DNA of 64,000 nt from Candidatus Rokuibacteriota bacterium (GTDB lineage Bacteria > Methylomirabilota > Methylomirabilia > Rokubacteriales > CSP1-6). The stretch covers positions 18,580 through 82,579 of the forward strand of contig QHRX01000007.1 in the NCBI GenBank assembly GCA_003221455.1. Reading direction: 5' to 3'. How positions within the stretch are numbered: position 1 is the first letter of the stretch; each line of letters opens with the position of its first letter. Of this stretch, positions 48,376-57,727 are shown one piece after another. The notes beneath the pieces are model-generated. The model saw only the letters and a program-made list of their open reading frames with translations, ran no database searches and was not told the DNA's origin. Position numbers and translations under genes: made by a program.

Positions 48376-48470
48376 GCGGGGCGTCGGTCCGGGAACGCGC
48401 GTCGGGGGGTGCGTCGTCGTATAGTAGCGCGACGGTCGCAGGAGTCCAACCGTCCCGGGGAGGCCCGTGC

Positions 48471-49733
48471 GTGCGAGGTCGCCGTCTGCTGGACACGGCG
48501 CTGGCGCCCTTCCGCAGCCCCGAGGCTCGCCGACTCGCCCTCATCTTCGCCGTGGTCTACTTCGCCCAGGGCATGTGGGGCCTTCCCGTCCAGGCGATCA
48601 CGCTCACCCTGAAGGAGCGCTTCGGCTACACGGCGGGCAGGGTCGCGACCCTCTTCTCGATCACGAACACGCCGTGGCTGGTGAAGCCGGTCTACGGCCT
48701 CCTGTCGGACGGCGTCCCGCTGTTCGGCCGCCGCCGCCAGAGCTACTTCGTGCTCACCTCAGGGCTCGCCGCCCTGGCTGGCTTTGCGCTTGGCAGCCTC
48801 GACGCCCACACACCGCTCGTGATCACGGCGCTGTTCACGGCGATGGGGCTCGGGCTGGCGTTCACGGACGTCCTCACCGACGCGCTGATGGTCGAGAACG
48901 GCAAGCGGCTCCGCCTCACCGGCGGCTTCCAGGCCGTCCAGTGGGCGTCGATCTACGCGGCGTCGATCGCCGTGGGCGTCGCCGGCGGGATGCTCACCGA
49001 GCACCACGAGCTCCGGCTGGCCTTCTTCGGCGCGGCGGTGTTCCCGACGCTCTCGTTCCTCATGGCCTGCGTCTTCATCCGGGAGCCGCGCGTGCGGCGC
49101 GAGGCGGGCCAGTTCCGGCGGACCTGGACGGCCATCCGCGGCTCGATTCGCTCGCGCGATCTCTGGGTGGTCGCGGGCTTCATCGTGTTCTGGACCTTCA
49201 GCCCGTCGCTCGGCACCCCCCTCTTCTACTACCAGACGGACACGCTGAAGTTCTCCCAGCAGTTCATCGGCACCCTGTTCTCGCTCTCGGCGGCGGGTTC
49301 GGTCGTCGGTGCCCTCGCCTACGGCGGTCTCAGCCGCGTGCTGCCGCTCAAGTGGCTCCTGAACGCGGCGATCGGGCTCGGCGTTCTCTCGACGCTCGCC
49401 TACCTCTCCTACGCGACCCCGATCTCCGCGGTCCTGATCGATACTGGCGCCGGCTGTATCGGGATGGTCGCGACGCTGGCGTTCCTCGACCTCGCGGCGA
49501 AGGCCTCGCCGAAGCAGGCCGAGGGCACGTTCTTCGCGCTGCTGATGTCGGTCTACAATGCCGGGACGCAGGGCTCGCAGATTGTCGGTGGCTGGCTCTA
49601 CGACTCCCTCGGCTACGCCACCCTGATCCTGATCAGCGCGGCCTTCACCGCCCTCTGCTGGTTCATCGTGCCCGCCGTCCGCGTCGAGCAGATCGAAGCC
49701 CGCGCCGCGCGGGAGGCCCGTGCCGCCGACTGA
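48471..49733 (+). CDS. BT1-family (folate-biopterin transporter-like) MFS permease
   Basis: The GTG start is preceded by a GGGAGG ribosome-binding site. ...LFSITNTPWLVKPVYGLLSDGVPLFGRRRQSYFVL... is the BT1 signature. The protein has 12 TM helices. Confidence 0.7.
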   Translation: MRGRRLLDTALAPFRSPEARRLALIFAVVYFAQGMWGLPVQAITLTLKERFGYTAGRVATLFSITNTPWLVKPVYGLLSDGVPLFGRRRQSYFVLTSGLAALAGFALGSLDAHTPLVITALFTAMGLGLAFTDVLTDALMVENGKRLRLTGGFQAVQWASIYAASIAVGVAGGMLTEHHELRLAFFGAAVFPTLSFLMACVFIREPRVRREAGQFRRTWTAIRGSIRSRDLWVVAGFIVFWTFSPSLGTPLFYYQTDTLKFSQQFIGTLFSLSAAGSVVGALAYGGLSRVLPLKWLLNAAIGLGVLSTLAYLSYATPISAVLIDTGAGCIGMVATLAFLDLAAKASPKQAEGTFFALLMSVYNAGTQGSQIVGGWLYDSLGYATLILISAAFTALCWFIVPAVRVEQIEARAAREARAAD

Positions 49734-49740
49734 CCCGCCG

Positions 49741-50082
49741 CTACGGCGCCTCGACGCGGCGCGTTGCCTCGTAGCTGCGCCGGAGCCACGGCAGCACCCG
49801 CCTCAGCTCCGCCGGCGAGCTCACGTCGCACTCGACCCAGCCACGTGCGGCGAAGCGGCGGTGCGGTCGGAAGCCGTCGAGCGCGAGCGCCCGCCGCTGC
49901 TCGGCGAGGGGCAGGTGCATCCAAAGGTCGTGCTCCTTCGGGCGCAGCGGGAAGCACGCGAACAGCCGCTCGCCGACGAAATAGCCCCAGCGGCCGAACA
50001 TCGGCGCGATCCGCGCCCCCGTCCAGGCGCCGATCTCGGCGTTGAGGCGGGCGGCCGCCCCCGCGCCGCCGCGCTCGAGCAC
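49741..50082 (-). CDS. TfoX N-terminal-domain-like small protein
   Basis: ...MFGRWGYFVGERLFACFPLRPKEHDLWMHLPLAEQRRAL... fits the TfoX_N pattern (MFGgxGxfxxgxxFA...L). The start is uncertain (50001 or 50082). The rest of the listed 215-aa ORF is a GC-rich extension. Confidence 0.35.
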   Translation of the reverse strand: MLERGGAGAAARLNAEIGAWTGARIAPMFGRWGYFVGERLFACFPLRPKEHDLWMHLPLAEQRRALALDGFRPHRRFAARGWVECDVSSPAELRRVLPWLRRSYEATRRVEAP

Positions 50083-50144
50083 CCGGCGCGTCGTCCGGCC
50101 GCGGCCGATCCCGCGGAACCGTCGCCTCACGCCCCGCTCCGCCC

Positions 50145-50453
50145 CTAGGGCCACACCTGCACGTACGCCGCCCGCGCCCGCTCGCTGGCCCCGAACTTCG
50201 CGTCGTACTCGGTCTTGAGATCCTTGAGCTGCGTCGACTCGAGAAACCGCCGGAACGTCGGCTCGTCTTGGAACTCGTAGAGCGCCATGTACTGATACTT
50301 GTCCTCGCCGAGGATCGCTCGGTAGCGCCGGGCGCTCACCGCGCCCTTGTACTGCAGGAGCTGCGGGCAATGCTCCTCGTTGTACCACCGGTTGAAGGCG
50401 GCCTCCTGGTCTTTCGAGATCGTCGCCTTCACGACAAACAGCACCGTCGCCAT
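50145..50453 (-). CDS. small hypothetical protein (about 102 aa)
   Basis: MATVLFVVKATISKDQEAAFNRWYNEEHCPQLLQYKGAVSARRYRAILGEDKYQYMALYEFQDEPTFRRFLES... I trimmed the listed ORF. Confidence 0.4.
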   Translation of the reverse strand: MATVLFVVKATISKDQEAAFNRWYNEEHCPQLLQYKGAVSARRYRAILGEDKYQYMALYEFQDEPTFRRFLESTQLKDLKTEYDAKFGASERARAAYVQVWP

Positions 50454-50602
50454 ATCAGGCCTCCTGCGAACGGGAGTCGGGGGCGCGCGGAGCGCGGTCC
50501 GCCCCCCAGTATCGCGCCGTCCGTTCCCCAGAGAAACAGTTGACAGTCGCGGCGAGCCCGTGCGAAAAGACATGAGCTCCCGCGGACGAGCAAGGAGTCA
50601 CC

Positions 50603-52324
50603 ATGGCCACGACAAGCTCCAGGGCGGAGGCGACCGCGCGGCTCTACGTCGCGCCCGTGGAAGGGGCGGCGGAGCTCTTCACGCCGGCGTTCGCCGACTA
50701 TCTGATCCGCCTCCACGACGAGTTCGCGACCCGCGTGCGGGCGCTCCGGGACCGGCGCGCAGAGGTGCTGACCCGGGCGCTCACCCACGGGATCCCGCCG
50801 ACCGATCCGCCGGCGAGCGAGGCCCGCACGGGCAACTGGCGGGTGGCGCCGGTGCCCGACGAGCTCCAGAGGCCCGGCATCGAGATCTCGGGGCCGTGCT
50901 CGATCACGAGCATGTTCATCAACGCGCTCAACCCGGGCCCGGAGGGCGAACGCGCCGAGGGGGACCTCGACGACGACGAGGACTCCGCGGCCCACCGGCT
51001 GGTCGACACCGTCCAGGCGGCCCGGAACCGCCTCGCCGCCGTCAACCGCGAGCTCACGTACGTCGACCGCGAGAAGGGCAAGCGGTACACGATCGCCGAG
51101 GGCGACCTCCCATTCTTCATGCACCGGGAGCGTGGGCTCCACCTCGACGAGCCCGACGTGCGGGTCGACGGCGCGGCCGTCCCGGCCGCGATCCTCGGCA
51201 CGGCGCTCACCCTCTTCTACGCGGGGCGCGCCCAAGCCGGCCGCGGCCAGGGCATCTACTTCTACCTCCCGAAGCTCGAGGCCGCCGACGAGGCACGCCT
51301 GTACCGCGATCTCTTCGACCGGAGTCGCGCGCTGCTTCCGTTCCTGGGGAACGCGACCATCCGCGCCATCGTCCTCGTCGAGTCGCTCCCCTGCGTCTAC
51401 CAGATGGAGGAGATGCTGTGGGCGCTCGGGCCGTACGCGGCAGGCCTCAACGCGGCCCGTTGGGACCTCAAGGCGAGCATCTTCGAGTACGTCATGGCGG
51501 ACCCGAAGGCCGTCTGGCCGGATCGCTTCGGCGTCGACATCAAGACGACGCCCTTCCTGGCCAACATCTTTCGGCGGCTGGTCGCGGTCTGTCTCAAGCG
51601 CGGCGCGGTCCCGGTCGGCGGCATGGCGACCGCGCTCCCGAGCCACGACCCCGAGGTCAACCGGGTCGCCGCTGAGGCGATCCGGGCCGACAAGCAGTGG
51701 GAGGCCGCGCAGGGGTTCCTCCGCGCCTGGGTCGCGCACATCTTTCACATGAAGACCGCCGCCGATCCCTTCAGGACCCTCCGGGCCTCCGGCTGGAAGC
51801 CGACCGCGGCCATGGCCGACCCCGACACCTATCCGGTCAGGATCGAGGTGCCGGCCGGACCGATCACGCTCGAGGGCACCCGGCGGAACTGCCGCATGGT
51901 CATCGAGTACCTCGAGGGCTGGCTCAACGGACGGGGCGCCAAGGGGATCGACAGCCTCGCCGGCAAGCCCGGCATCCATCCCGCGTTGATGGAGGATCTC
52001 GCGACCGGCCGCATGTCGGTCGCGCAAATCGCCCAGCGGATCCGGCATCACGCGCGCGCCGCGGACGGCCCGGCACCCCACGACTTCCCGCTCGTCAAAG
52101 GACTCCTCGAGGAGGAGGTCGAGGACATCCTCGGGCGGCTCCGGGCGACGGCCTCGGACGACAGGGGCAAGGCCGCGTACGCCCAGGCCGAGGAACGCTA
52201 CCGGAAGGCCGTCAAGATCGCACTCCGCTGGGTCCGCAACTACACCGAGCTCAACTTCCGAAGTCTCGGCTCCTACACCCGGGCCGACCTGGACGCGATC
52301 GCCGCCGCCCCCGACACGTTCTGA
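50603..52324 (+). CDS. aceB: malate synthase A
   Basis: 573 aa. ...GPCSITSMFINALNPG..., ...GIYFYLPKLEAADEARLY... and ...RAIVLVESLPCVYQMEEMLWAL... are collinear with AceB-type malate synthases. Confidence 0.85.
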   Translation: MATTSSRAEATARLYVAPVEGAAELFTPAFADYLIRLHDEFATRVRALRDRRAEVLTRALTHGIPPTDPPASEARTGNWRVAPVPDELQRPGIEISGPCSITSMFINALNPGPEGERAEGDLDDDEDSAAHRLVDTVQAARNRLAAVNRELTYVDREKGKRYTIAEGDLPFFMHRERGLHLDEPDVRVDGAAVPAAILGTALTLFYAGRAQAGRGQGIYFYLPKLEAADEARLYRDLFDRSRALLPFLGNATIRAIVLVESLPCVYQMEEMLWALGPYAAGLNAARWDLKASIFEYVMADPKAVWPDRFGVDIKTTPFLANIFRRLVAVCLKRGAVPVGGMATALPSHDPEVNRVAAEAIRADKQWEAAQGFLRAWVAHIFHMKTAADPFRTLRASGWKPTAAMADPDTYPVRIEVPAGPITLEGTRRNCRMVIEYLEGWLNGRGAKGIDSLAGKPGIHPALMEDLATGRMSVAQIAQRIRHHARAADGPAPHDFPLVKGLLEEEVEDILGRLRATASDDRGKAAYAQAEERYRKAVKIALRWVRNYTELNFRSLGSYTRADLDAIAAAPDTF

Positions 52325-52360
52325 CGCGGGTCGAGCGTCGCGGTCGATCCGGGCCCGCCG

Positions 52361-52696
52361 CTAGCCGACGAGGCGCGACAGAAGGCCGCGGCTGCGGGCG
52401 ACGAGCCAGTAGCCGGCCTCGACCAGCCAGCGGAGCGGCGGCCGGGCGCAGACTGCCGCGAGCCGGCGCCAACCGACCTGGTCCAGCGCGTACAGGCTCG
52501 CTCGCCCCCCGCTCAGCACCTCGCCCTCGGAGGTGATGACGTGGACGGCGCGCGCACACCGCAGGGCCAGCTCGTCGGTCATCGGCGGGCGCGGCGCTTC
52601 CTGAAACGGCACGGCGTGGAGCCGGTCGTGGACGTCCTGTCGCTTGACCCAAGCGACCGCGCGGCGGCAGACGCCTCAGCCGCCGTCCCACAAGAG
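52361..52696 (-). CDS. DUF393/DCC-family thiol-disulfide oxidoreductase with in-frame TGA (candidate selenocysteine, UxxC) at the first redox-motif position
   Basis: The listed ORF starts downstream of the motif. Reading the same frame upstream gives ...AWLLWDGG-TGA-GVCRRAVAWVKRQDVHDRLHAVPFQEAPRPP.... This matches the family N-terminus (LFYDGxCxLCRRxV...RLRF.P.QS) if TGA encodes Sec or Cys. A possible TTG start is at LLW; coordinates carry 1-2 nt uncertainty. Confidence 0.45.
52639..52657 (-). other. candidate bacterial SECIS-like hairpin 18 nt downstream of the in-frame UGA
   Basis: The mRNA reads GUCGCUU-GGGUC-AAGCGAC: a 7-bp perfect stem with a 5-nt loop containing GGUC. Bacterial SECIS apical loops conserve a G-U pair. 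Confidence 0.3.
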
Positions 52697-52752
52697 CCAG
52701 GCCTGCTCGGGCCGGTGCCCACCCGACGCGGCCGCGGGGCGGGGGGTCGCCC

Positions 52753-53529
52753 TCAGGTCCGCGGGCCGAGCGCGGTGAGGCCGCCGTCGACGATGATCGT
52801 GGCCCCGGTCACCGCGGGCGTCGTCGCCAGGGAGAAGATCGCGTCCGCGGTCTCCGTGGTCGTCGGCAGCGCGGCCGTGGGCGTGATCTTGGCGGTGGCT
52901 TGCCGCTGCGCCTCGGTCCAGCCGCCGAACCCCGTCGCCGCCAGCGCCGGCGCCCCCGCGTTGACCCGGATGGAGGGGGCGAGGGCGCGCGCCAGCGACT
53001 TCGTGAGCGCGCCCAGCGCGGCCTTCGACGCCGCGTACGCCATCGAGGACCCCTGCCCCGTGAATGCGGCCACCGAGGTCACGTTGACGATCGCGCCGCC
53101 GCCGCGCCGCTCAATCTGCGGCACCGCCGCCCGGACGCAGTAGAAGGCGCCCTTGACGTTGACGGCCCACACGGTGTCGAGGATGTCGTCGGTGAGACCC
53201 GCGAGATTCCGGTGGGGCTGGACCGGCTTCGTCCAGCCCGCATTGTTCACCAGGATGTCGAGCCCGCCCAGCTCCGTCGCGACGCGCGCGACCATCGCCG
53301 TGACCTCGAGCTCCCGGGCGACGGTGGCCCGGACCGCGATCGCCCGGCCGCCCGCCTCCCTGATCTCCTCGACCGCCTTCGCGGCGGCCGCCTCGTTCTT
53401 CGAGAAGTTCACGGCGACGGCGGCGCCCGCCCGCGCGAACGCGAGCGCCGCCCCGAGGCCGATGCCGGTCGAGCCGCCGGTCACGAGGACGACCTCGCCC
53501 CGCAGCTCGGCCCCTCCGCGCCCCGTCAC
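52753..53529 (-). CDS. short-chain dehydrogenase/reductase (SDR, FabG-like)
   Basis: GTG start at VTGRGGAELRGEVVLVTGGSTGIGLG (TGxxxGxG). NNAG is present, and the catalytic YxxxK is ...SMAYAASKAAL.... I trimmed the listed ORF. Confidence 0.8.
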   Translation of the reverse strand: MTGRGGAELRGEVVLVTGGSTGIGLGAALAFARAGAAVAVNFSKNEAAAAKAVEEIREAGGRAIAVRATVARELEVTAMVARVATELGGLDILVNNAGWTKPVQPHRNLAGLTDDILDTVWAVNVKGAFYCVRAAVPQIERRGGGAIVNVTSVAAFTGQGSSMAYAASKAALGALTKSLARALAPSIRVNAGAPALAATGFGGWTEAQRQATAKITPTAALPTTTETADAIFSLATTPAVTGATIIVDGGLTALGPRT

Positions 53530-53564
53530 TCGCTCATCCTCTGCGTCGAATCGCCGCCCCGCGG

Positions 53565-54356
53565 TCAGTCGTACCGGGAAATATGCAGGTGCACGCCGTG
53601 GCTCGACGCGGGGTCCACCGTCACCTCGCCCGTCCCCTTGAGGAGGCGGGCGCCCGCCCGCTCGAGCCCGGCGATGATGGCCGGGAAGTCCGTGGCGATC
53701 AGCGACAGCGCGACCATCCCCGCCGCGCCGCCGACCTCGTCGGCGGGGACCATCAGGAGCGACCCGCGGCCAACCGCCAGCATCGTCCGGGGGCCGCCGT
53801 TCATCGCGACCTCCGGCAGCCCGAACAGCTCCTGGAACAGCCGCGCCGTGCGCCGGGGATCGCTGACGCCGATCACCAGGCGCTTGAGCCGGAGCCACGC
53901 GTCCGGCGCGGGGGCGCCCGGCGAGGGCGTGGTCAGCTCCACGAGCACGCCCGCGCAGGCCCTCGGGTGCAGGAACCCGATCCGGCCCGCCAGCCCCGGA
54001 CGCGGCACACGGTCGATGAGCTCCACCTGCTGCGCCGCGAAGGCCTGGAGCGCGCGCTCGACGTCTGGAACCTCGAAGCAGACGTGGTGCAGCCCCTCGC
54101 CCCGCGTGTCCAGGAACCGCTGGACGCCACCCGGCGCGATCGGCTCGAGCAGCTCGACCTCGCTCTCGCCGGCCGCGAGCAGCGCCGCGTGCACGCCCTG
54201 GTCCGGGACCATCGCCTCCCTGACCAGCGGCAGCCGGAGCGCGTCGCGGTAGAAGCCGTACGCCTCGTCGAGGCGCCGCACGACGATCCCGACGTGGTGG
54301 ACGCGCCGGATCGCCTCGGCGCGCCCGCTCCGGGGCTGCTCGGTCCCCGTCGTCAT
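53565..54356 (-). CDS. tandem VOC-domain protein (methylmalonyl-CoA epimerase/glyoxalase family)
   Basis: Start at MTTGTEQ...; ...VHHVGIVVRRLDEAYGFYRDALRL... and ...GLHHVCFEVPDVERA... form the first VOC domain. A second VOC-like domain is at the C-terminus. Confidence 0.65.
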   Translation of the reverse strand: MTTGTEQPRSGRAEAIRRVHHVGIVVRRLDEAYGFYRDALRLPLVREAMVPDQGVHAALLAAGESEVELLEPIAPGGVQRFLDTRGEGLHHVCFEVPDVERALQAFAAQQVELIDRVPRPGLAGRIGFLHPRACAGVLVELTTPSPGAPAPDAWLRLKRLVIGVSDPRRTARLFQELFGLPEVAMNGGPRTMLAVGRGSLLMVPADEVGGAAGMVALSLIATDFPAIIAGLERAGARLLKGTGEVTVDPASSHGVHLHISRYD

Positions 54357-54847
54357 CGGATGAACGGGGCGCCGCGCCGCGCGACCGCGTCGCGAATCCG
54401 CACGCGGTGGTTGGGCAGCAGCGTGGCGGGCAGGCGGCGCGGCGAGACGAACCGGAGCGCCAAGGTCTCGCTGCACGTCTGGAGCTCGCCGGCGCGCACG
54501 ACGCACTCGAAGCAGAGGTTCACGTAATGCCATACGTTGCCGTCCGGGTACCGGATCACCTGGAGCTCCGGATCGCTGTAGACCCCGACGAGGCGCCGGA
54601 TCGTCACCTCGAGCCCGGTCTCCTCGCGCACCTCGCGCGCCGTCGCCGCGCGCACCGACTCGCCGATCTCGACAGATCCACCGGGAAGGCCCCACTGCCC
54701 CCCGTCCGATCGCTGCTGGAGGAGAAGCCCGCGGCGCCGGTCGAGGATGATCGCGGAGACGCTGGGACGGACACCGAGGGCCCGGGCACGGTCGGGCTCG
54801 AGTCGGATCACGGCCCCCACGCTACCCGAGCGCCTCCCGGTCCGCAA
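54353..54847 (-). CDS. NUDIX hydrolase
   Basis: The Nudix box is GGSVEIGESVRAATAREVREETGL. The stop overlaps the downstream ATG (ATGA). Confidence 0.7.
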   Translation of the reverse strand: MRTGRRSGSVGAVIRLEPDRARALGVRPSVSAIILDRRRGLLLQQRSDGGQWGLPGGSVEIGESVRAATAREVREETGLEVTIRRLVGVYSDPELQVIRYPDGNVWHYVNLCFECVVRAGELQTCSETLALRFVSPRRLPATLLPNHRVRIRDAVARRGAPFIR

Positions 54848-55538
54848 GGACCAGGCAGCGCGGGTGCGTTTGCAGGATCGACGCAGGGACGGCCGGGGTC
54901 ACCGCGCCCGCGCGCATCGCCGCGAGCGGTCCCCGCTTGGCGGCGCCGCTGACGAGCACGATCACCTCGCGGGCGGCCATGATCGTGCGGAGGCCGAGGG
55001 TGACCGCCGCCTCGGCGACCGCGCCCTGCCGCACCTCATCGGTCAGGATGTAGCGCACGGTCTCGGCGAGCAGCCGGACCGGTCGCGTCGCAGAGTCGAA
55101 GGGCGCCCCCGGCTCGTTCGACGCGAGGTGGCCGTTCCAGCCGAGGCCGAGCATCACGACGTCGAGCCCCCCGGCGCTGGCGATGGCCCGCTCGTACTCC
55201 GCGCACATGGCCACGAGGTCCGGCGCCTCGACTCGGAACCGGGTGCACTGCGCGGGCGGGATCCCCGCCCACGACAGGAACTCCGCCGTGAGCTGCCGCC
55301 AGAAGTAGCCGTCGAGTGGCGCCGGCGGGGAGAGCTCGTCGACGGCGAACACGCGCATCCGTGCGAAGTCGACGCCACCTCGCCGGTGAAGTTCCCGCAG
55401 GGCGGCGTACATGCCGCGGGGGGTGCGCCCGGCCGGCATCGCGATCGCGAGTGCCGGCTCTGCCCGGACCCGCTCGCCGACCGCGTCCGCGGCGCGCCGC
55501 GCCAGCTCCGCCGCGTCCGCGCAGCCGATCAGCTCCAT
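54822..55538 (-). CDS. glucosamine-6-phosphate deaminase / 6-phosphogluconolactonase family protein
   Basis: Start at MELIGCADAAELARRAADAV; ...AIAMPAGRTP..., ...DVVMLGLGWNGHLASNEPG... and ...REVIVLVSGAAK... match the NagB/Pgl fold. Confidence 0.65.
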   Translation of the reverse strand: MELIGCADAAELARRAADAVGERVRAEPALAIAMPAGRTPRGMYAALRELHRRGGVDFARMRVFAVDELSPPAPLDGYFWRQLTAEFLSWAGIPPAQCTRFRVEAPDLVAMCAEYERAIASAGGLDVVMLGLGWNGHLASNEPGAPFDSATRPVRLLAETVRYILTDEVRQGAVAEAAVTLGLRTIMAAREVIVLVSGAAKRGPLAAMRAGAVTPAVPASILQTHPRCLVLADREALG

Positions 55539-55569
55539 CGGGCGTGCCCGGGCCGGGCGCCGCGGTCCG

Positions 55570-56679
55570 TCAGACCGCGCTGAACAGGCGCTGGAACTGC
55601 TCCCAGGGGACGGCGGGAGCGGCGATGAGCTCGAGGTTTTCGTGGACGTGCGCAACGCTCTTCATGCCGACCAGCGCGGTCCCGATGCCGGGCGTCGAGC
55701 GGACGAACTGGAGGGCGCGCTGCGCGTCCGTGCGCAGCCCGGGGAGAAAATCCCCGATGAGGGGCGGCAGGTTCCGGGCGAGCTGGCCCTGGTAGATCGA
55801 GGCCGACGCCATCACGTACACACCGAGCCGCTCGGCGGCCTGGAGCACGGGCAGCGTGTCGGCGCCGACCCGCTGGTTGGCACGCGTGAAGGCCTCCGGC
55901 ATCGCCAGGTTGTAGGGGAGCTGGATCACCTTGAAGTGATGGTCGGCGCCGGCGACCTCGCGGGCCGCCCGCACCAGTTCGGCCAGCTCGAGCTGGTCGG
56001 GCGCGGCGGCCGGCTGCCGGTAGCCATTCCAGGTCGCGGTCCCGTACTGCCGGAGCTTGCCCTCCGCCACCGCCTCCTCGAGCGCGGCGAACGCCGCCCG
56101 TATCCGGGCGTCGAACTCGGCGCGATCCACCTCGCCGAGCTGCATCTCCGGATTGTGGACGTAGTAGACGTCGATCGTCTCGAGACCGAGATTCGCGCGA
56201 CTGCGGTCGATCTGGTCCCGCAGGTAGCGCGGCGTCATGCAGTGGGAGCCCGCCACCACGTCCCGCGGCTCGAGGATGCCGGGCCGGACGTAGGTCTCCG
56301 TGAGGTAGCGGTGCGGGTCGGGCGGCACCCCGCCGTCGAACGGGATGAATCCGCCCTTGGTCGCGACGATCACGTCCTCGCGCCGGACCGTGCCGGCGCC
56401 CACCAGCGCCGCCAGCGCTTGCCCGATGGCGCGTTCGCTCCGCTGGAAGCGGTAGTTCACCGCGGTGTCGATGACGTTGACGCCGCCCGCGACGGCCGCC
56501 ACCACGGCGTCGCGGTAGGCGGCGTCGGTCGCGGCCTCCTCGCCCCCCAGGTAGGTCCCGATCCCCAGGCTCGAGGCGCGGCGGCCGTCGAGCGCCCGGA
56601 AATGACCGGGGGCGGCGCGCGCCGCCAGGCGCCGGGCGTAGGCATCGGTCCCCTCCGGCGTGGCGAACCCTGCGAGCAT
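55570..56679 (-). CDS. aldo/keto reductase
   Basis: ...GVNVIDTAVNYRFQRSERAIG..., ...IDVYYVHNPE... and ...VIQLPYNLA... are AKR signature segments. Confidence 0.8.
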   Translation of the reverse strand: MLAGFATPEGTDAYARRLAARAAPGHFRALDGRRASSLGIGTYLGGEEAATDAAYRDAVVAAVAGGVNVIDTAVNYRFQRSERAIGQALAALVGAGTVRREDVIVATKGGFIPFDGGVPPDPHRYLTETYVRPGILEPRDVVAGSHCMTPRYLRDQIDRSRANLGLETIDVYYVHNPEMQLGEVDRAEFDARIRAAFAALEEAVAEGKLRQYGTATWNGYRQPAAAPDQLELAELVRAAREVAGADHHFKVIQLPYNLAMPEAFTRANQRVGADTLPVLQAAERLGVYVMASASIYQGQLARNLPPLIGDFLPGLRTDAQRALQFVRSTPGIGTALVGMKSVAHVHENLELIAAPAVPWEQFQRLFSAV

Positions 56680-56698
56680 GGCTGGCGGCGGCCTTCCC

Positions 56699-57727
56699 TC
56701 AGCGCCAGTCGTCGAGCACGAAGTCGTCGGGGTCCTCGTAGTCCTCCTGCTTCCCCCGCTTCATCCGGACCATCGTGTAGTCGATCTGGTATCCGCGCTC
56801 AACCAGTGTCTGGTAGGCGGCGAAGTACGCGCTGTAGACAGGGACGATCAGGCGTCCGAGGCCCATCTCCCGGGCGACGTGCTCGAGCGCGCTCAGGAAG
56901 TGGTCGAAGTGCTCCGCCTTCCGGAGCGCCCGGTCGATCGCCAGGTACTTGACGTAGAGCGAGCCGAGCGGCGCCTCGCTGACGCCAGGCGTGTGGACCA
57001 CCGCGAAGCCCACCAGCTCTCGGCCGCTCTCGAGGAGGAACGTGTCGCCGAGCGCCAGCCCGTCGACGATCTCGATCTCCTTGCCGAGGTCGAGGCCGCG
57101 ATAGATCCCGTTCGTGATCTTGCGGACCTTCAGCAGCATCGACTTCTTCTTCGACTCCTCCAGCGCGGAGAAGCGGCGCACGGCGAGCGACGACTTCGCC
57201 GCCCGGGGCGGGCCGCCGGCGGGCAGCCGGTCGACGGCGCGGATCATGATCGCCACCAGGCTCTTCGGCTTGTAGCCGAACTTGTGGTACAGGTAGAGGT
57301 GCCGGGGGCTCGACGGATACGTCACGACGCCCGTCAGCGCCGCCCGGTTCTCGTCGAAGAACTCCTGCGCCGCCCGCAGGAGCTGCTGGCCGATGTCCTG
57401 GTTCTGGTAGTTGGTCAGCACCGCCAGCGGCCCCACGAGCCCGACCGTGCCCCACATCACGGCGACGACCGCGCCGATGATCTTCCCGTCGTTCTCCTCG
57501 GCGACGAAGCAGCCCCACGGTTCCATCAGCCAGCGGTGGTGGACGTACTGGGCGCCGCCGAAGACCTGACGCGGGCGGGTGCCGAGCAGCCGCTCGAAGT
57601 AGTCCCCGAAGGCCTGCTCGGTGACGTCCCGGACCTTCGACAGGTCGCCCTTGCGGACGCGCCGGATCTTGATGTGGGGCGTGCGGCTCTCCGAATCGAG
57701 CCCGGCCCGGTCGACGGTGGCCCTCAC
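56699..57727 (-). CDS. GNAT-family N-acetyltransferase (tandem GNAT-like domains)
   Basis: 342 aa. ...IGAVVAVMWGTVGLVGPLAVLTNYQNQDIGQQLL... is an acetyl-CoA-binding-like segment. Confidence 0.65.
   Translation of the reverse strand: MRATVDRAGLDSESRTPHIKIRRVRKGDLSKVRDVTEQAFGDYFERLLGTRPRQVFGGAQYVHHRWLMEPWGCFVAEENDGKIIGAVVAVMWGTVGLVGPLAVLTNYQNQDIGQQLLRAAQEFFDENRAALTGVVTYPSSPRHLYLYHKFGYKPKSLVAIMIRAVDRLPAGGPPRAAKSSLAVRRFSALEESKKKSMLLKVRKITNGIYRGLDLGKEIEIVDGLALGDTFLLESGRELVGFAVVHTPGVSEAPLGSLYVKYLAIDRALRKAEHFDHFLSALEHVAREMGLGRLIVPVYSAYFAAYQTLVERGYQIDYTMVRMKRGKQEDYEDPDDFVLDDWR

Noticed and set aside
48376-48470. Possible riboswitch upstream of the BT1 (folate/biopterin-type) transporter
   Set aside because: The leader is only about 95 nt. 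It contains a simple CGTCG-N10-CGACG hairpin with a TATAGT (-10-like) loop and a GGGAGG ribosome-binding site. There is nothing resembling a THF-riboswitch architecture, so a promoter plus RBS is the more likely reading.
52361-52700. Interpreting the DUF393 gene simply as a truncated pseudogene
   Set aside because: I did not fully reject this, but it is less parsimonious. The only lesion is a TGA exactly at the redox Cys; the frame is otherwise intact through the family N-terminus; a GGUC-loop hairpin follows; and an FDH operon is nearby. It is kept as a selenoprotein candidate, and a pseudogene remains possible.
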